Part shown: positions 1-8,659 of the stretch, piece after piece | Layout: every line of letters begins with the position of its first letter | How positions within the stretch are numbered: the first letter of the stretch is position 1 | IMG/VR virus record: IMGVR_UViG_3300037067_021792 | Direction: 5' to 3' (one strand) | DNA length: 64,000 bases | Source: a virus | Lineage: Duplodnaviria; Caudoviricetes | The notes under the pieces: model-generated | Databases searched by the model: none | Told to the model about the DNA's origin: nothing | Seen by the model: the letters and a program-made list of their open reading frames with translations, nothing else | Translations under genes and position numbers: made by a program

Positions 1-59
1 TGTATTTGTTCGGGATCCGAAAGGATTTAATTTTGGGAGTCATCCCTTCCCGAGCACCA

Positions 60-144
60 TGCGAGGGACGGTGAGATCTCGTCGGACGATGATGTCAAAG
101 TTGTCTCTGTCGATGACACAAAGGTTCAACTCCTTTGCTTCGCG
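60..144 (+). ncRNA. Non-canonical tRNA-like cloverleaf
   Basis: Acceptor-like GCGAGG/CTTCGC pairing, D-like hairpin 67-83, anticodon-like arm 84-106, variable arm TGTC-GAT-GACA, canonical T arm AAAGG-TTCAACT-CCTTT. Anticodon ambiguous (GTC or TCA). Folded by hand. Confidence 0.45.
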
Positions 145-395
145 TTAGTACTCGATGTGAGTACGGTTTTGAGTAGTAAGTAAAAGGGGAACAGTTATGT
201 TTTTTACATGGTTTTTTGAATTTATTTCGCTTGTTTCTCGGCTAGTTACCATCGGAGTCGAAGGGTAATTCCGAGAACAAGAATCTAGTATAAAGCCGCA
301 ACCTAAAGGGACGGACCTACAAACATTTTTCTTGACCAATGTTGAACTGTCCTCCGGACTATTGCGGCTTTTTTGTTTGAATCTGAAAGGAAATT

Positions 396-980
396 GTGAT
401 GGGGTCAATCAAGAAAAATCATATCATCGATCCAAATCAATCGGATAACACTCACGAAAAGCTACTTTCCAATTTTAAGTGGGATGAAATTGGGGAAGGC
501 TCTGGCACAGAAATGGCAGAAAGTGGCGTAGCGAGATCTATTTCTGAGTGCGCTCAAAATCTATTCTCATCCTTATTGAGGGATATTAATATTTCGAATT
601 ATGAGGGAGCAATGTTTGTGGTTCCTGTGAATGTTGATTCATCTGCGATACTGGCATCGTGTTTTAATGACGATTATAGTATTGAATCTCGGCTCGATGT
701 TTTAAGTCTGATCTACGCCGCATTCCGCGGTATCGCCAACACGCCCGACACTTGCGCTGACATAAATCGCAAAATCGAGGAGATATTGCCAACCGAAGAT
801 TCTAGATTTTATCGCGTGGCAGATTTTATCGATATTGCCGATAACCCAGAATGTCCTGTTGGGGTTAGCCTTGATTCTGGCGAGACATTCTCGACAGAAG
901 ACAACTCGAAATCCGTTATAATCGAAGTTCATATCATTGAATGCTCGAAAGAGAATAATTCGCCAAATAGTGGTGATTGA
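396..980 (+). CDS. Hypothetical protein
   Basis: 194-aa ORF with AAGGA SD upstream; no motif recognised. Confidence 0.65.
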   Translation: MMGSIKKNHIIDPNQSDNTHEKLLSNFKWDEIGEGSGTEMAESGVARSISECAQNLFSSLLRDINISNYEGAMFVVPVNVDSSAILASCFNDDYSIESRLDVLSLIYAAFRGIANTPDTCADINRKIEEILPTEDSRFYRVADFIDIADNPECPVGVSLDSGETFSTEDNSKSVIIEVHIIECSKENNSPNSGD

Positions 981-1003
981 TGATAATAGTGGTGATTGAT
1001 GAT
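966..1003 (+). repeat. Perfect 19-bp tandem duplication (AATAGTGGTGATTGATGAT x2)
   Basis: Read directly; spans the stop of ORF 396..980 and the start of the next ORF. Confidence 0.95.
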
Positions 1004-1895
1004 AAGGGCGCTTGAGGGCGAGTGGTCAGATGAGCACTATCATACTATCATTCATCCTATATTATCTGCTCATTTAAAGCCTGCGCGTCAACAGGCGCTC
1101 CCAATCACCAGGCTACATGATGATCAGTTTTGGGAAAGCTGTCGCAATTCTGATATTTATGTTCTTGATTATAGGTCATGGTATTTAGACCAGTCAGAAT
1201 TTTACAAATATGCTTTGCAAATTTCAAATATACAGAATAGCGCCATTGTGCTGTTTGAAAATCCATTTGGGGTTGAAAGACCGAATATCGACGATTCATC
1301 TTTCAGGGGGTTATTAAATTCCAGAACTAATCTGCTAGCAAATTTGATTAGATCACATTCCAATTCTAAAATTATCTCCCCTGCCATTAGAATATTTGAT
1401 TATCAAACCGAAAGAAAATGTTTAGATTATTTTATAAACAACAGAAAATTATTTGATATTTATGCAGTGCATTGTTGCGACGAGATGGATGATAGAAATA
1501 TCGGGTCATTGTGCAGTTTATTAAATCAAGCAATGAAACTTTATCCAAAACCAGTATGGGTGACTAAATGGGCGATTCCGTGCTTCGACACTCCCGTTGA
1601 AAATTCTATGTGGATTCCAACTAGCACCGAAGTATCTGCGCGACAAATGAAAAACATTCATAGAGATATATGCAATATATCAATAACAGGTTTAGAATGG
1701 TTTTTTGTTGGCACTGGAACTGATAAATATTCTCCAACTGAAAATGTGCCGCTGAATATGCATTCGAATTTGCCATACATTCCAGACAAGCAGTCTTTGC
1801 AGTGGAACAAAGAACACTTTTTGGGATCAGCGGACTACTTGGGGAATGTAAAACAGAACATATTAAATCAAATCATTGAGTTGAATAGTGTTTGA
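996..1895 (+). CDS. Glycoside-hydrolase (clan GH-A-like) fold protein, probably inactive
   Basis: FDIYAVH and YPKPVWVTKWA resemble D-x-x-A-V-H and KPIWxTE motifs, but the nucleophile Glu is Lys and the NEP site reads FENP. Confidence 0.45.
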   Translation: MMIRALEGEWSDEHYHTIIHPILSAHLKPARQQALPITRLHDDQFWESCRNSDIYVLDYRSWYLDQSEFYKYALQISNIQNSAIVLFENPFGVERPNIDDSSFRGLLNSRTNLLANLIRSHSNSKIISPAIRIFDYQTERKCLDYFINNRKLFDIYAVHCCDEMDDRNIGSLCSLLNQAMKLYPKPVWVTKWAIPCFDTPVENSMWIPTSTEVSARQMKNIHRDICNISITGLEWFFVGTGTDKYSPTENVPLNMHSNLPYIPDKQSLQWNKEHFLGSADYLGNVKQNILNQIIELNSV

Positions 1896-2862
1896 TAATT
1901 CAGATATACTTTTGAGATGGTCAGTGGGGTCCCAAGACACCACTAAGCTGTCTGAGTATGAACATAATAAATTTATAGATTTTATCTGGCTTACTAAATT
2001 ATCGATTATATCTTTTCAAAAATGGTTTCCAAAAGCCCAATGTGTTCTACTATATAACGGGAATGAATTTAAAAAATTTTGCGACATGTTCTACCAGTCC
2101 GATCCTAAAATGCAGGTTAATATAGAAATTATAAATCAATATCAAAAGGTTATATCTGGTGAATGGAAAAATCCGTATCATTTCTATCCAAAAGGTGTTT
2201 GGTGGAAATGGATCCCCTTTAGGATTGATATTAACAAACATGAAATTGCAATAGATACTGATATTATCTGTATATCAAAACCTATAACGTGGTATGACTG
2301 GGTGACGGGTGACTCGAATATACTTGTTGCTCCCGAGCGGTATGAAACTGTATCAATCTCTACGACAGGAGATTATTGTAACCATCCTTTATTAAAAGGG
2401 AAGACGCCATATAATTGTGGCGTTGTTGGGCAGCGCAAGGGACAAGATTATACGGATAGATTTTTTGAAATAACCCAAGATGTCAAGTTCGGGCATAGCC
2501 ACAATAGCCTGTTTATAACTGAACAAGGTGCAATAAATTTGTGGGTAAGATCTCTGGAATCTGAAGGTGTTACGCATTGTTGTCTTGATTTTACCAAGAA
2601 TGCGTGGATGCGTGATTTTGTATACTTTTTGAGTAAGGGCATTTCAGTCGAGACAATACATGCTGTAGCGTGGCATAAGCAGATAGCAAAAGCACTCAGG
2701 GAAGAGATCGAGAAAAAAGTAATAGACGATACCTATACTAATGAACAGTTTCTAGCAGATGTTGTCAAAAGATCATCAAATTTAGATCAATTATCTAAGG
2801 CATTGATTCTTAAGCAGGTCGAAGGATTATTAAACTCGGAAACTTTGGTCCAATATTCGTAG
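1888..2862 (+). CDS. Putative GT-A glycosyltransferase
   Basis: IAIDTDII DxD motif, NCGVVG, and TEQGAIN resembling the DQ/EQ motif of GT-A enzymes. Confidence 0.55.
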   Translation: MFDNSDILLRWSVGSQDTTKLSEYEHNKFIDFIWLTKLSIISFQKWFPKAQCVLLYNGNEFKKFCDMFYQSDPKMQVNIEIINQYQKVISGEWKNPYHFYPKGVWWKWIPFRIDINKHEIAIDTDIICISKPITWYDWVTGDSNILVAPERYETVSISTTGDYCNHPLLKGKTPYNCGVVGQRKGQDYTDRFFEITQDVKFGHSHNSLFITEQGAINLWVRSLESEGVTHCCLDFTKNAWMRDFVYFLSKGISVETIHAVAWHKQIAKALREEIEKKVIDDTYTNEQFLADVVKRSSNLDQLSKALILKQVEGLLNSETLVQYS

Positions 2863-2956
2863 GTTGTGCGGACATCTGGAATAACGGTTTTTGAAGAAAC
2901 GCTCTTGTTTTATTGCTGGGTATACCGTATAATGTCAGAGTCAATTGAGGTAAAAC

Positions 2957-4750
2957 ATGGAATCACAATTTTCTGTTCAAGAAGAAATGTTCAAAGCTCT
3001 ACTTCGCACTCCGCATAGGCAGGTAGACGAAACCCTGCATTTGCACAAGTCTCAATTTGAGCGAGATCCAAACTTTTATGGTAAACTAGCCGCCTATTGT
3101 GTCATTGGTGAAAATTGTGCGGTTCGAGATATTAATGAGGTGTTCATTGCTACTTTATTGGTGTCTTCATATGAACAGCATCAAGAAGCCGGATATGTTA
3201 TGTTTCAGTCTCTTCCACCATATGAGGCGGACCGGGTGGCCAATTACGTCACTGGTTATGACGAGACCATAGTGCGGCATTCGTATGAGTCTGATATGCC
3301 CAAGCAGAACTCATTCGGCGTGACTTATGAAATTGCCAAATACGGAAGCAATCATCCCGATCCAGAGAAGAGAGGGAAGGATATGCCAGTTCGTGTTATA
3401 AAGCTTGGTAATAAAAGTAAATTGCGAGCTTTGCTTATAAAACAAAATAAAATCGACTACAATACTAAGGAAATCACCGCGACCACATATTTGGTTCACC
3501 ACAAGTGTTATAACCAGCGCAATTTTAAGGGCATATTGAAAAGAGCTGTTAAATCATATCTGAAATATCGAGAAAACAATCCAGCTATGATGGAAGGGGC
3601 TTTGATCCGTTCGGCACAGTCAATTAAGAAGTTTTATGTTCGCACCCATGCTTTACCTCTTGGTAATGCAAATAGTTGGATTAATCGATATTTGTTTGCC
3701 GATGAAACAATTCCTGGCACCAGATTACATGCTCTAAAAACGTTACAAAACGAGAAAGATCCAATTAGGCAGGCAGAAATTGTTACAGAAAATAATCTGC
3801 CGTTTACGGTTGTATCGTCTCTTATGTCTGATATTACTCCATCCGTTACGGCTGCATCGATTATGGTGATGTCTTATCAAGAGATTATGCAATCTATGGA
3901 CCTGTTAAAACGCCGAGGGGCTTTTGACAATCCAGATTTGAAGAAATTAATACATGACAAATTAGAAAAAGCCAAAAAAGCCAAAAAGGGCCGGATGGAT
4001 GCAATGAAGGGCAAAAAAGCCGCTAGCACTAAAGGTCTAGACAAAGACACTCAGTCTTTGTTGAAAGATATAACCGATCAGCAGCTAAAGCATCATAGCA
4101 ATATATCTGTTCCAACTGCTTTATTAATAGATAAATCAGGATCGATGACCGAGTCTATTAATCTGGGGAAGCAACTAAGTGCGGCTATAGCACAGGCATG
4201 TGCTCCTGGCAATGAACCTATCGTTTACCTATTCGATGCAACTCCAGTAGAAATTGAATGGAACAAGAAAGATGGAGATATAACATTACTCTCTAGTTGG
4301 GAGAAAAAGCTGGCAATGTTCCGGGCTAATGGCGGAACTGATCCTGCTGCGGTTCTAATGGCAATGGAACTTAAGAACCAGGTTGCAGACCAAATATTAT
4401 TAGTTACCGATGAGGGAGAAAATAATGAAGGGAAATTTGCCAAACAGCTTAAATCTTATTCAAAGAAAATGGGTGTAACACCTAATATCGTTATAGTACG
4501 AATTGGTAGTTCTGGATATGGAATACACGATATTATAGAAAAATCTCTCAAGAAAGCCGGATTTAATGTTACGGTTTTAGTTGCAACTGGAATTGACAGC
4601 GTTTCTTTACCTAACGTTATTCAGTTGCTTTCTTGTAAAAGTACATTTGAGTTAGTCCAGGAGATTTTGTCGTTGACTTTACCCACTCGCAGTGAGTGGG
4701 ACGCCAATAATCTTCTAAACGTTGTTAGTGAAGGAGTTCAAAGTGTCTAG
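2957..4750 (+). CDS. TROVE-like / VWA domain protein (Ro60/Rsr-related)
   Basis: N-terminal LLRTPHR..DPNFYGKLA helical region; C-terminal VWA MIDAS motifs LIDKSGSM, GGTD, LVTDEGEN. Confidence 0.75.
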   Translation: MESQFSVQEEMFKALLRTPHRQVDETLHLHKSQFERDPNFYGKLAAYCVIGENCAVRDINEVFIATLLVSSYEQHQEAGYVMFQSLPPYEADRVANYVTGYDETIVRHSYESDMPKQNSFGVTYEIAKYGSNHPDPEKRGKDMPVRVIKLGNKSKLRALLIKQNKIDYNTKEITATTYLVHHKCYNQRNFKGILKRAVKSYLKYRENNPAMMEGALIRSAQSIKKFYVRTHALPLGNANSWINRYLFADETIPGTRLHALKTLQNEKDPIRQAEIVTENNLPFTVVSSLMSDITPSVTAASIMVMSYQEIMQSMDLLKRRGAFDNPDLKKLIHDKLEKAKKAKKGRMDAMKGKKAASTKGLDKDTQSLLKDITDQQLKHHSNISVPTALLIDKSGSMTESINLGKQLSAAIAQACAPGNEPIVYLFDATPVEIEWNKKDGDITLLSSWEKKLAMFRANGGTDPAAVLMAMELKNQVADQILLVTDEGENNEGKFAKQLKSYSKKMGVTPNIVIVRIGSSGYGIHDIIEKSLKKAGFNVTVLVATGIDSVSLPNVIQLLSCKSTFELVQEILSLTLPTRSEWDANNLLNVVSEGVQSV

Positions 4751-5099
4751 AAACATTATTCCTGAAATCCCTTACGAGAAGGCTATTCGTAATTTGATGG
4801 GGAATCAATGGAGATCATTACCCGACAGGGACAGGGATGGAGCATGGGGTATTGCTATCGCAAAATCAATATCGAATGGTGTAAAGCCGGATCTATACGA
4901 AATTGCGTTACATTTGGGGGTTGATGTGGATATGATACGCACTGCGTTCGGCCGAATGTCCATGAACGGGGCACTACTGAGAGACCGAATACACAAAGAT
5001 CATGATCTCGCAAATGACGATTCGTTGGCATTGGGTTATTATGCTGGGTATGCATCGGGCTATTGTGGACCGTTGAGAGATGCCAAATCAACCACCTAA
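4743..5099 (+). CDS. Hypothetical protein
   Basis: GTG at 4743 after AGGAG SD; its last codons and stop lie inside the IS right-end relic. Confidence 0.55.
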   Translation: MSRNIIPEIPYEKAIRNLMGNQWRSLPDRDRDGAWGIAIAKSISNGVKPDLYEIALHLGVDVDMIRTAFGRMSMNGALLRDRIHKDHDLANDDSLALGYYAGYASGYCGPLRDAKSTT

Positions 5100-5340
5100 C
5101 CGCTAAAGTTAGGTTTGCTCCTCAATAGGAACGATTGGCTAGTTGATAGTAGCCTGCCTATTAAGTTCAGTCCTCCATCGAGTGGAGAAGAAAACGAAAT
5201 AGGGTGTTTAGAACCATGAGCTTCTTGAGTTTGAACGTATTTTCTAGCTATGTTAATCGCGGCATTCCAGTCCGCGTCAAACACAGCACCATCAGAAGCA
5301 TAAAACCTACATCCCTTGCGCTCTCCTCCACTAAGACCGG
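5088..5340 (-). mobile_element. tnpB: IS200/IS605-superfamily (TnpB) 3' remnant with right end
   Basis: Minus frame encodes GERKGCRFY..FDADWNAAINIARK (TnpB RuvC-III-like motif), followed by hairpin ACCTAAC-TTTAGCG-GTTAGGT and terminal GGTTGA. Confidence 0.7.
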
Positions 5341-5440
5341 AGCTGATATACATGCTGATGCTGATTATGCTTTGAGACACGCTGCTGCTAATGGCCATCT
5401 AGATGTGGTTGAATACTTAAATACCTGCAATGCAAAATGA
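5339..5440 (+). pseudogene. Ankyrin-repeat gene 3' fragment
   Basis: GADIHADADYALRHAAANGHLDVVEYL closely matches repeats in 56875..57588; no genuine 5' part. Confidence 0.75.
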
Positions 5441-6281
5441 TTTATTTAAAAACATTGTTAAAATGGAGCGGGAATTTCGCACAAAAGAATTTCTCGCTCC
5501 TTATACCGAGGAATCTAAGATCGCCATTATTAAAATGGATGGTCTTAATTATAGATTTCACATCGGCGGGTTTTCTGGCTCGGGTATTGGAAAATTCATT
5601 CCGATATCTCCTACTTATGCTGAATATACAGGCGAAGCCGATCAATCTTTAGTTAGATCGTATTTTAACAGTCTTCTATCTCTTAGAGTTATTTTGTGCT
5701 ATGAAACGAATTTCGGGTGGGTTGCTTATCCCGCCAGCATTAATGTGGCACGAAATAAGTTTTCTCTAGATGGGGAACTTGTTGTTAAAAATGCTTTTGA
5801 CAATCGCTTTGACGTAGTATTGGCCAGATTCGACGGTTTGCATTTTTGGTCCGATGGCATCTGCCCAACAAATTCATTTAAATCTAAGTGTATGCGAGAT
5901 TGTTTTGTGCCCAAATACACTCCAGACCAAATGAGAGAAGCACTGAAGAAAATACCAAATATAACTCCGGAAGATAATTGTGCTTTTGAGTTGGCAATAT
6001 CATCAGCCGAAAATATTCTTAATGAATATCTTACTACAGGTGGTGGTTCGTTGACCTCGTATATAGTGCAAGGTCCTAATATAGAAATTAAGTGGAAATC
6101 GGCTGCTGGTAATAGCTATACTTCATTGGTGGATAAAGAATCGCTAGATGTTATTTCTACTGGTGTGTGTTTGACAAATGATACATTACATCTAAAAGAC
6201 CTACCATTTTTGGCTGAGTCTATCGAGAATTATCGAGTGCCAATACGTAATATAGATTTTAATGGTATTGAGGATTTTTGA
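5430..6281 (+). CDS. Conserved hypothetical protein, likely partner of the TROVE/VWA gene
   Basis: EFLAP..GLNYRF..WVAYP..RFDG..FW..STGVCL pattern, which I recall from proteins encoded beside this VWA family in bacteria (recall only). Confidence 0.55.
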   Translation: MQNDLFKNIVKMEREFRTKEFLAPYTEESKIAIIKMDGLNYRFHIGGFSGSGIGKFIPISPTYAEYTGEADQSLVRSYFNSLLSLRVILCYETNFGWVAYPASINVARNKFSLDGELVVKNAFDNRFDVVLARFDGLHFWSDGICPTNSFKSKCMRDCFVPKYTPDQMREALKKIPNITPEDNCAFELAISSAENILNEYLTTGGGSLTSYIVQGPNIEIKWKSAAGNSYTSLVDKESLDVISTGVCLTNDTLHLKDLPFLAESIENYRVPIRNIDFNGIEDF

Positions 6282-6284
6282 ATA

Positions 6285-6788
6285 ATGATAGCGCCAAATA
6301 GACCTACGTGGGATGAAACATTTATGTCAATGGCTTTAGTGTATTGTCTCAGGTCTCCCGACCCTGCAACGAAACATGGGGCTATTATAGTTGATTCTCA
6401 ACATCATCCAATGGGGTGGGGGTATAATGGGTATCCTAAAGGCGGAACAATTGATTTATATCCAACTACCCGACCTGCAAAATATAGGCACATAGCCCAT
6501 TCAGAACTTAACGCCCTGCTGAATAGGACAATTAATACAAAAGGTGGCACTGTATATGTAACAGGGCATCCTTGTTGTGGGTGCATGGTAGCAATGATTC
6601 AGGCAAGTATACGAGAAATAATCTATGGCAAAATTGGATCTCATTGTGTTAATAAAGAAGATTGGGATGCGGTTAATTTGATGTCTGTAGATTGTGGTGT
6701 AAAACTTACTGCGTATTCCGGAAGATATCCCGTTGATATCTATAATGAAGTGAAGGATTATCTCAAATTAAAAGAATGGACCGAATAA
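6285..6788 (+). CDS. dCMP deaminase
   Basis: RPTWDE..SPDP..GYNG..HSELNAL..PCCGC zinc motifs. Confidence 0.9.
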   Translation: MIAPNRPTWDETFMSMALVYCLRSPDPATKHGAIIVDSQHHPMGWGYNGYPKGGTIDLYPTTRPAKYRHIAHSELNALLNRTINTKGGTVYVTGHPCCGCMVAMIQASIREIIYGKIGSHCVNKEDWDAVNLMSVDCGVKLTAYSGRYPVDIYNEVKDYLKLKEWTE

Positions 6789-6798
6789 GGAGAATATT

Positions 6799-7104
6799 GT
6801 GACAGAAATTGAGAAAATATGTGACATGGGCAAATGCTTATCTATTCTTCCCCTCCAAGATTTAAGTAATAGAGATCTAACATGCTTATATGCTGCACAA
6901 CTAATTAAAAATAATGGAGAGAATATTGATGCTCGTGATATTCTTGATGAACTAGACAGACGAGCGGATGATTGGCAACAGAAAATTTATGAAGCGGAAA
7001 AAAAGCGAGATGAAGCCGTATATGAAAAAGAACATTTAGAAACTATTATTTCTCAGATTGAGGATGCTATGAAATCTGTCGATAAAATTTTGGAGAACGA
7101 ATAA
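6799..7104 (+). CDS. Hypothetical coiled-coil protein
   Basis: ORF with AAGGAG SD. Confidence 0.65.
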   Translation: MTEIEKICDMGKCLSILPLQDLSNRDLTCLYAAQLIKNNGENIDARDILDELDRRADDWQQKIYEAEKKRDEAVYEKEHLETIISQIEDAMKSVDKILENE

Positions 7105-7889
7105 TGCAAAGAGTAAAACCAGAAGTATATCTAATTTCCTACCCGCAAATAGATGAGAATGAAGTCAAAAGATGGCTTAAAGATATTGGAGGGGAAAAGG
7201 TTTTAGAACATCTTAGTGGTACTGATGCTGAAAAAGTAATAGAATTAGCAGGCAGAGAGTGTTATAGGTCTTTTGATGTTGGTCTCAACCCTAACGTTAC
7301 CAAGATCAGGGATAATAGTGAAGAATACATAGGGAATTTAATTCAAAGTGAGCACGGAGCAGTCCTTGAACATGCTCAATGTGTGTGGGTATTTGAGAAT
7401 ATTTCTCGCGTTATGACTCACGAGCTGGTCCGGCATAGGGTTGGAGTTGGATATTCTCAAGTAAGCCTACGATATGTAAGGTTGAATGAATTAAAATTCT
7501 GGCTCCCGCCAGAAATTGAGAATAATCCAGAAGCAGTAGAATTGTTCGAAAAAATAATTAAAGATCTCGAACAAGCACAAAATAAATTGGCCGAAATATA
7601 TGGTATTGACGATGAGTCTTTTAAGACAAAGAAGAAACTAACATCTGCTTTTCGTCGTATCGCACCCATAGGTTTAGCAACTGGTATTGTGTTTTCCTGT
7701 AATATGCGGGCATTGCGGTGGATTATTCAATTGAGAACAGGTGTTGCATCAGAAGTTGAAATACGACAAGTATTTAATAAAGTATATGATATTGCATCTC
7801 AGAAATGGCCTTATCTGTTTCAGGATTTTGTTAAAATTGACACTGGCGATGGATTGTTTGAGTGTAAACCAAAACATAGCAAGGTCTAG
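7104..7889 (+). CDS. thyX: Flavin-dependent thymidylate synthase
   Basis: AGRECY, HGAVLEH, HELVRHR-x7-S-LRY signature. Confidence 0.95.
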   Translation: MQRVKPEVYLISYPQIDENEVKRWLKDIGGEKVLEHLSGTDAEKVIELAGRECYRSFDVGLNPNVTKIRDNSEEYIGNLIQSEHGAVLEHAQCVWVFENISRVMTHELVRHRVGVGYSQVSLRYVRLNELKFWLPPEIENNPEAVELFEKIIKDLEQAQNKLAEIYGIDDESFKTKKKLTSAFRRIAPIGLATGIVFSCNMRALRWIIQLRTGVASEVEIRQVFNKVYDIASQKWPYLFQDFVKIDTGDGLFECKPKHSKV

Positions 7890-7892
7890 TTT

Positions 7893-8192
7893 GTGAAACT
7901 TGTAGGCGATGATATTTTTGTTAGGATCAAGGTAGTCGAGGAAATTAACAAGAAAGTCCTGGAAGTTGCTAAGGAAATAGTCGATAAGAATATTAGGTGG
8001 TATGGTGCTGATGAAAAATCAGCCGAAGATGTTGCTGATGTTATGCTGGAGCATTTCGATCTAAACGAATTTACTTCCGAAGAATTTGATTTTGCAGTGA
8101 CGTGGATACATTTTTATTGTGCAGTAAAAACTGCTTATGAAGCCGGGATATTAAAGGATGACACTGATATTCCACCCGGGCTGATAGATTAA
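7893..8192 (+). CDS. Hypothetical protein
   Basis: 99-aa ORF, in frame with thyX after its TAG. Confidence 0.6.
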   Translation: MKLVGDDIFVRIKVVEEINKKVLEVAKEIVDKNIRWYGADEKSAEDVADVMLEHFDLNEFTSEEFDFAVTWIHFYCAVKTAYEAGILKDDTDIPPGLID

Positions 8193-8261
8193 AAATTTTT
8201 CCTCATCAGGTCGGGGAAAATGTTGTATAATGGAAGGTTGCTTTTGAAAAGGAGAACAAAA

Positions 8262-8468
8262 ATGAAGAGTAGAATTACCAAGAGGATCACAAACAGCAAG
8301 AGACACACGATCGGGTATAAGATCGACGGCAAGGAACGGAGTGTTTCACAGGCAGTCCAGATGGCAAGACAGAATCGGCTCTATGGAGTTCGGGTAGTCG
8401 CAAATCACCTACAGACTCCGCCAGGTGGACGACGCAAGCTTTTGGACCTTCCTGTTGTAGTTAAGTAA
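8262..8468 (+). CDS. Small basic protein (DUF3892-like)
   Basis: ATG after AAGGAG; C-terminal LLDLP resembles NLxxLP. Confidence 0.45.
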   Translation: MKSRITKRITNSKRHTIGYKIDGKERSVSQAVQMARQNRLYGVRVVANHLQTPPGGRRKLLDLPVVVK

Positions 8469-8576
8469 AGTTTAAATTTTAGAAATATTATATTATTTTA
8501 AACGACGGGACGCTGTTTATTGCGTGGCTAAAAGTCAAATTAGTTAAATTATTAAATTATTGGTTTATTAGAAAAT

Positions 8577-8620
8577 TGAGCCTGGTTGCCTTGAAAGCCA
8601 GGCTCAACCCTTTATATAAT
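8577..8620 (+). promoter_or_regulatory. topA promoter with -35 inside an inverted repeat
   Basis: TGAGCCTGG..CCAGGCTCA hairpin encloses TTGAAA; TATAAT at 8615-8620. Confidence 0.5.
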
Positions 8621-8659
8621 ACTCACGGTTCCCTTGACGCTTAATTTTATGGAGATTCA

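Noticed and set aside
145-408. 87-aa minus-strand ORF
   Set aside because: No motif or SD; overlaps the structured-RNA block
5096-5440. ORFs 5096..5398 (-) and 5204..5440 (+) as real genes
   Set aside because: Each is a chimera of the TnpB relic and the ankyrin fragment read on opposite strands
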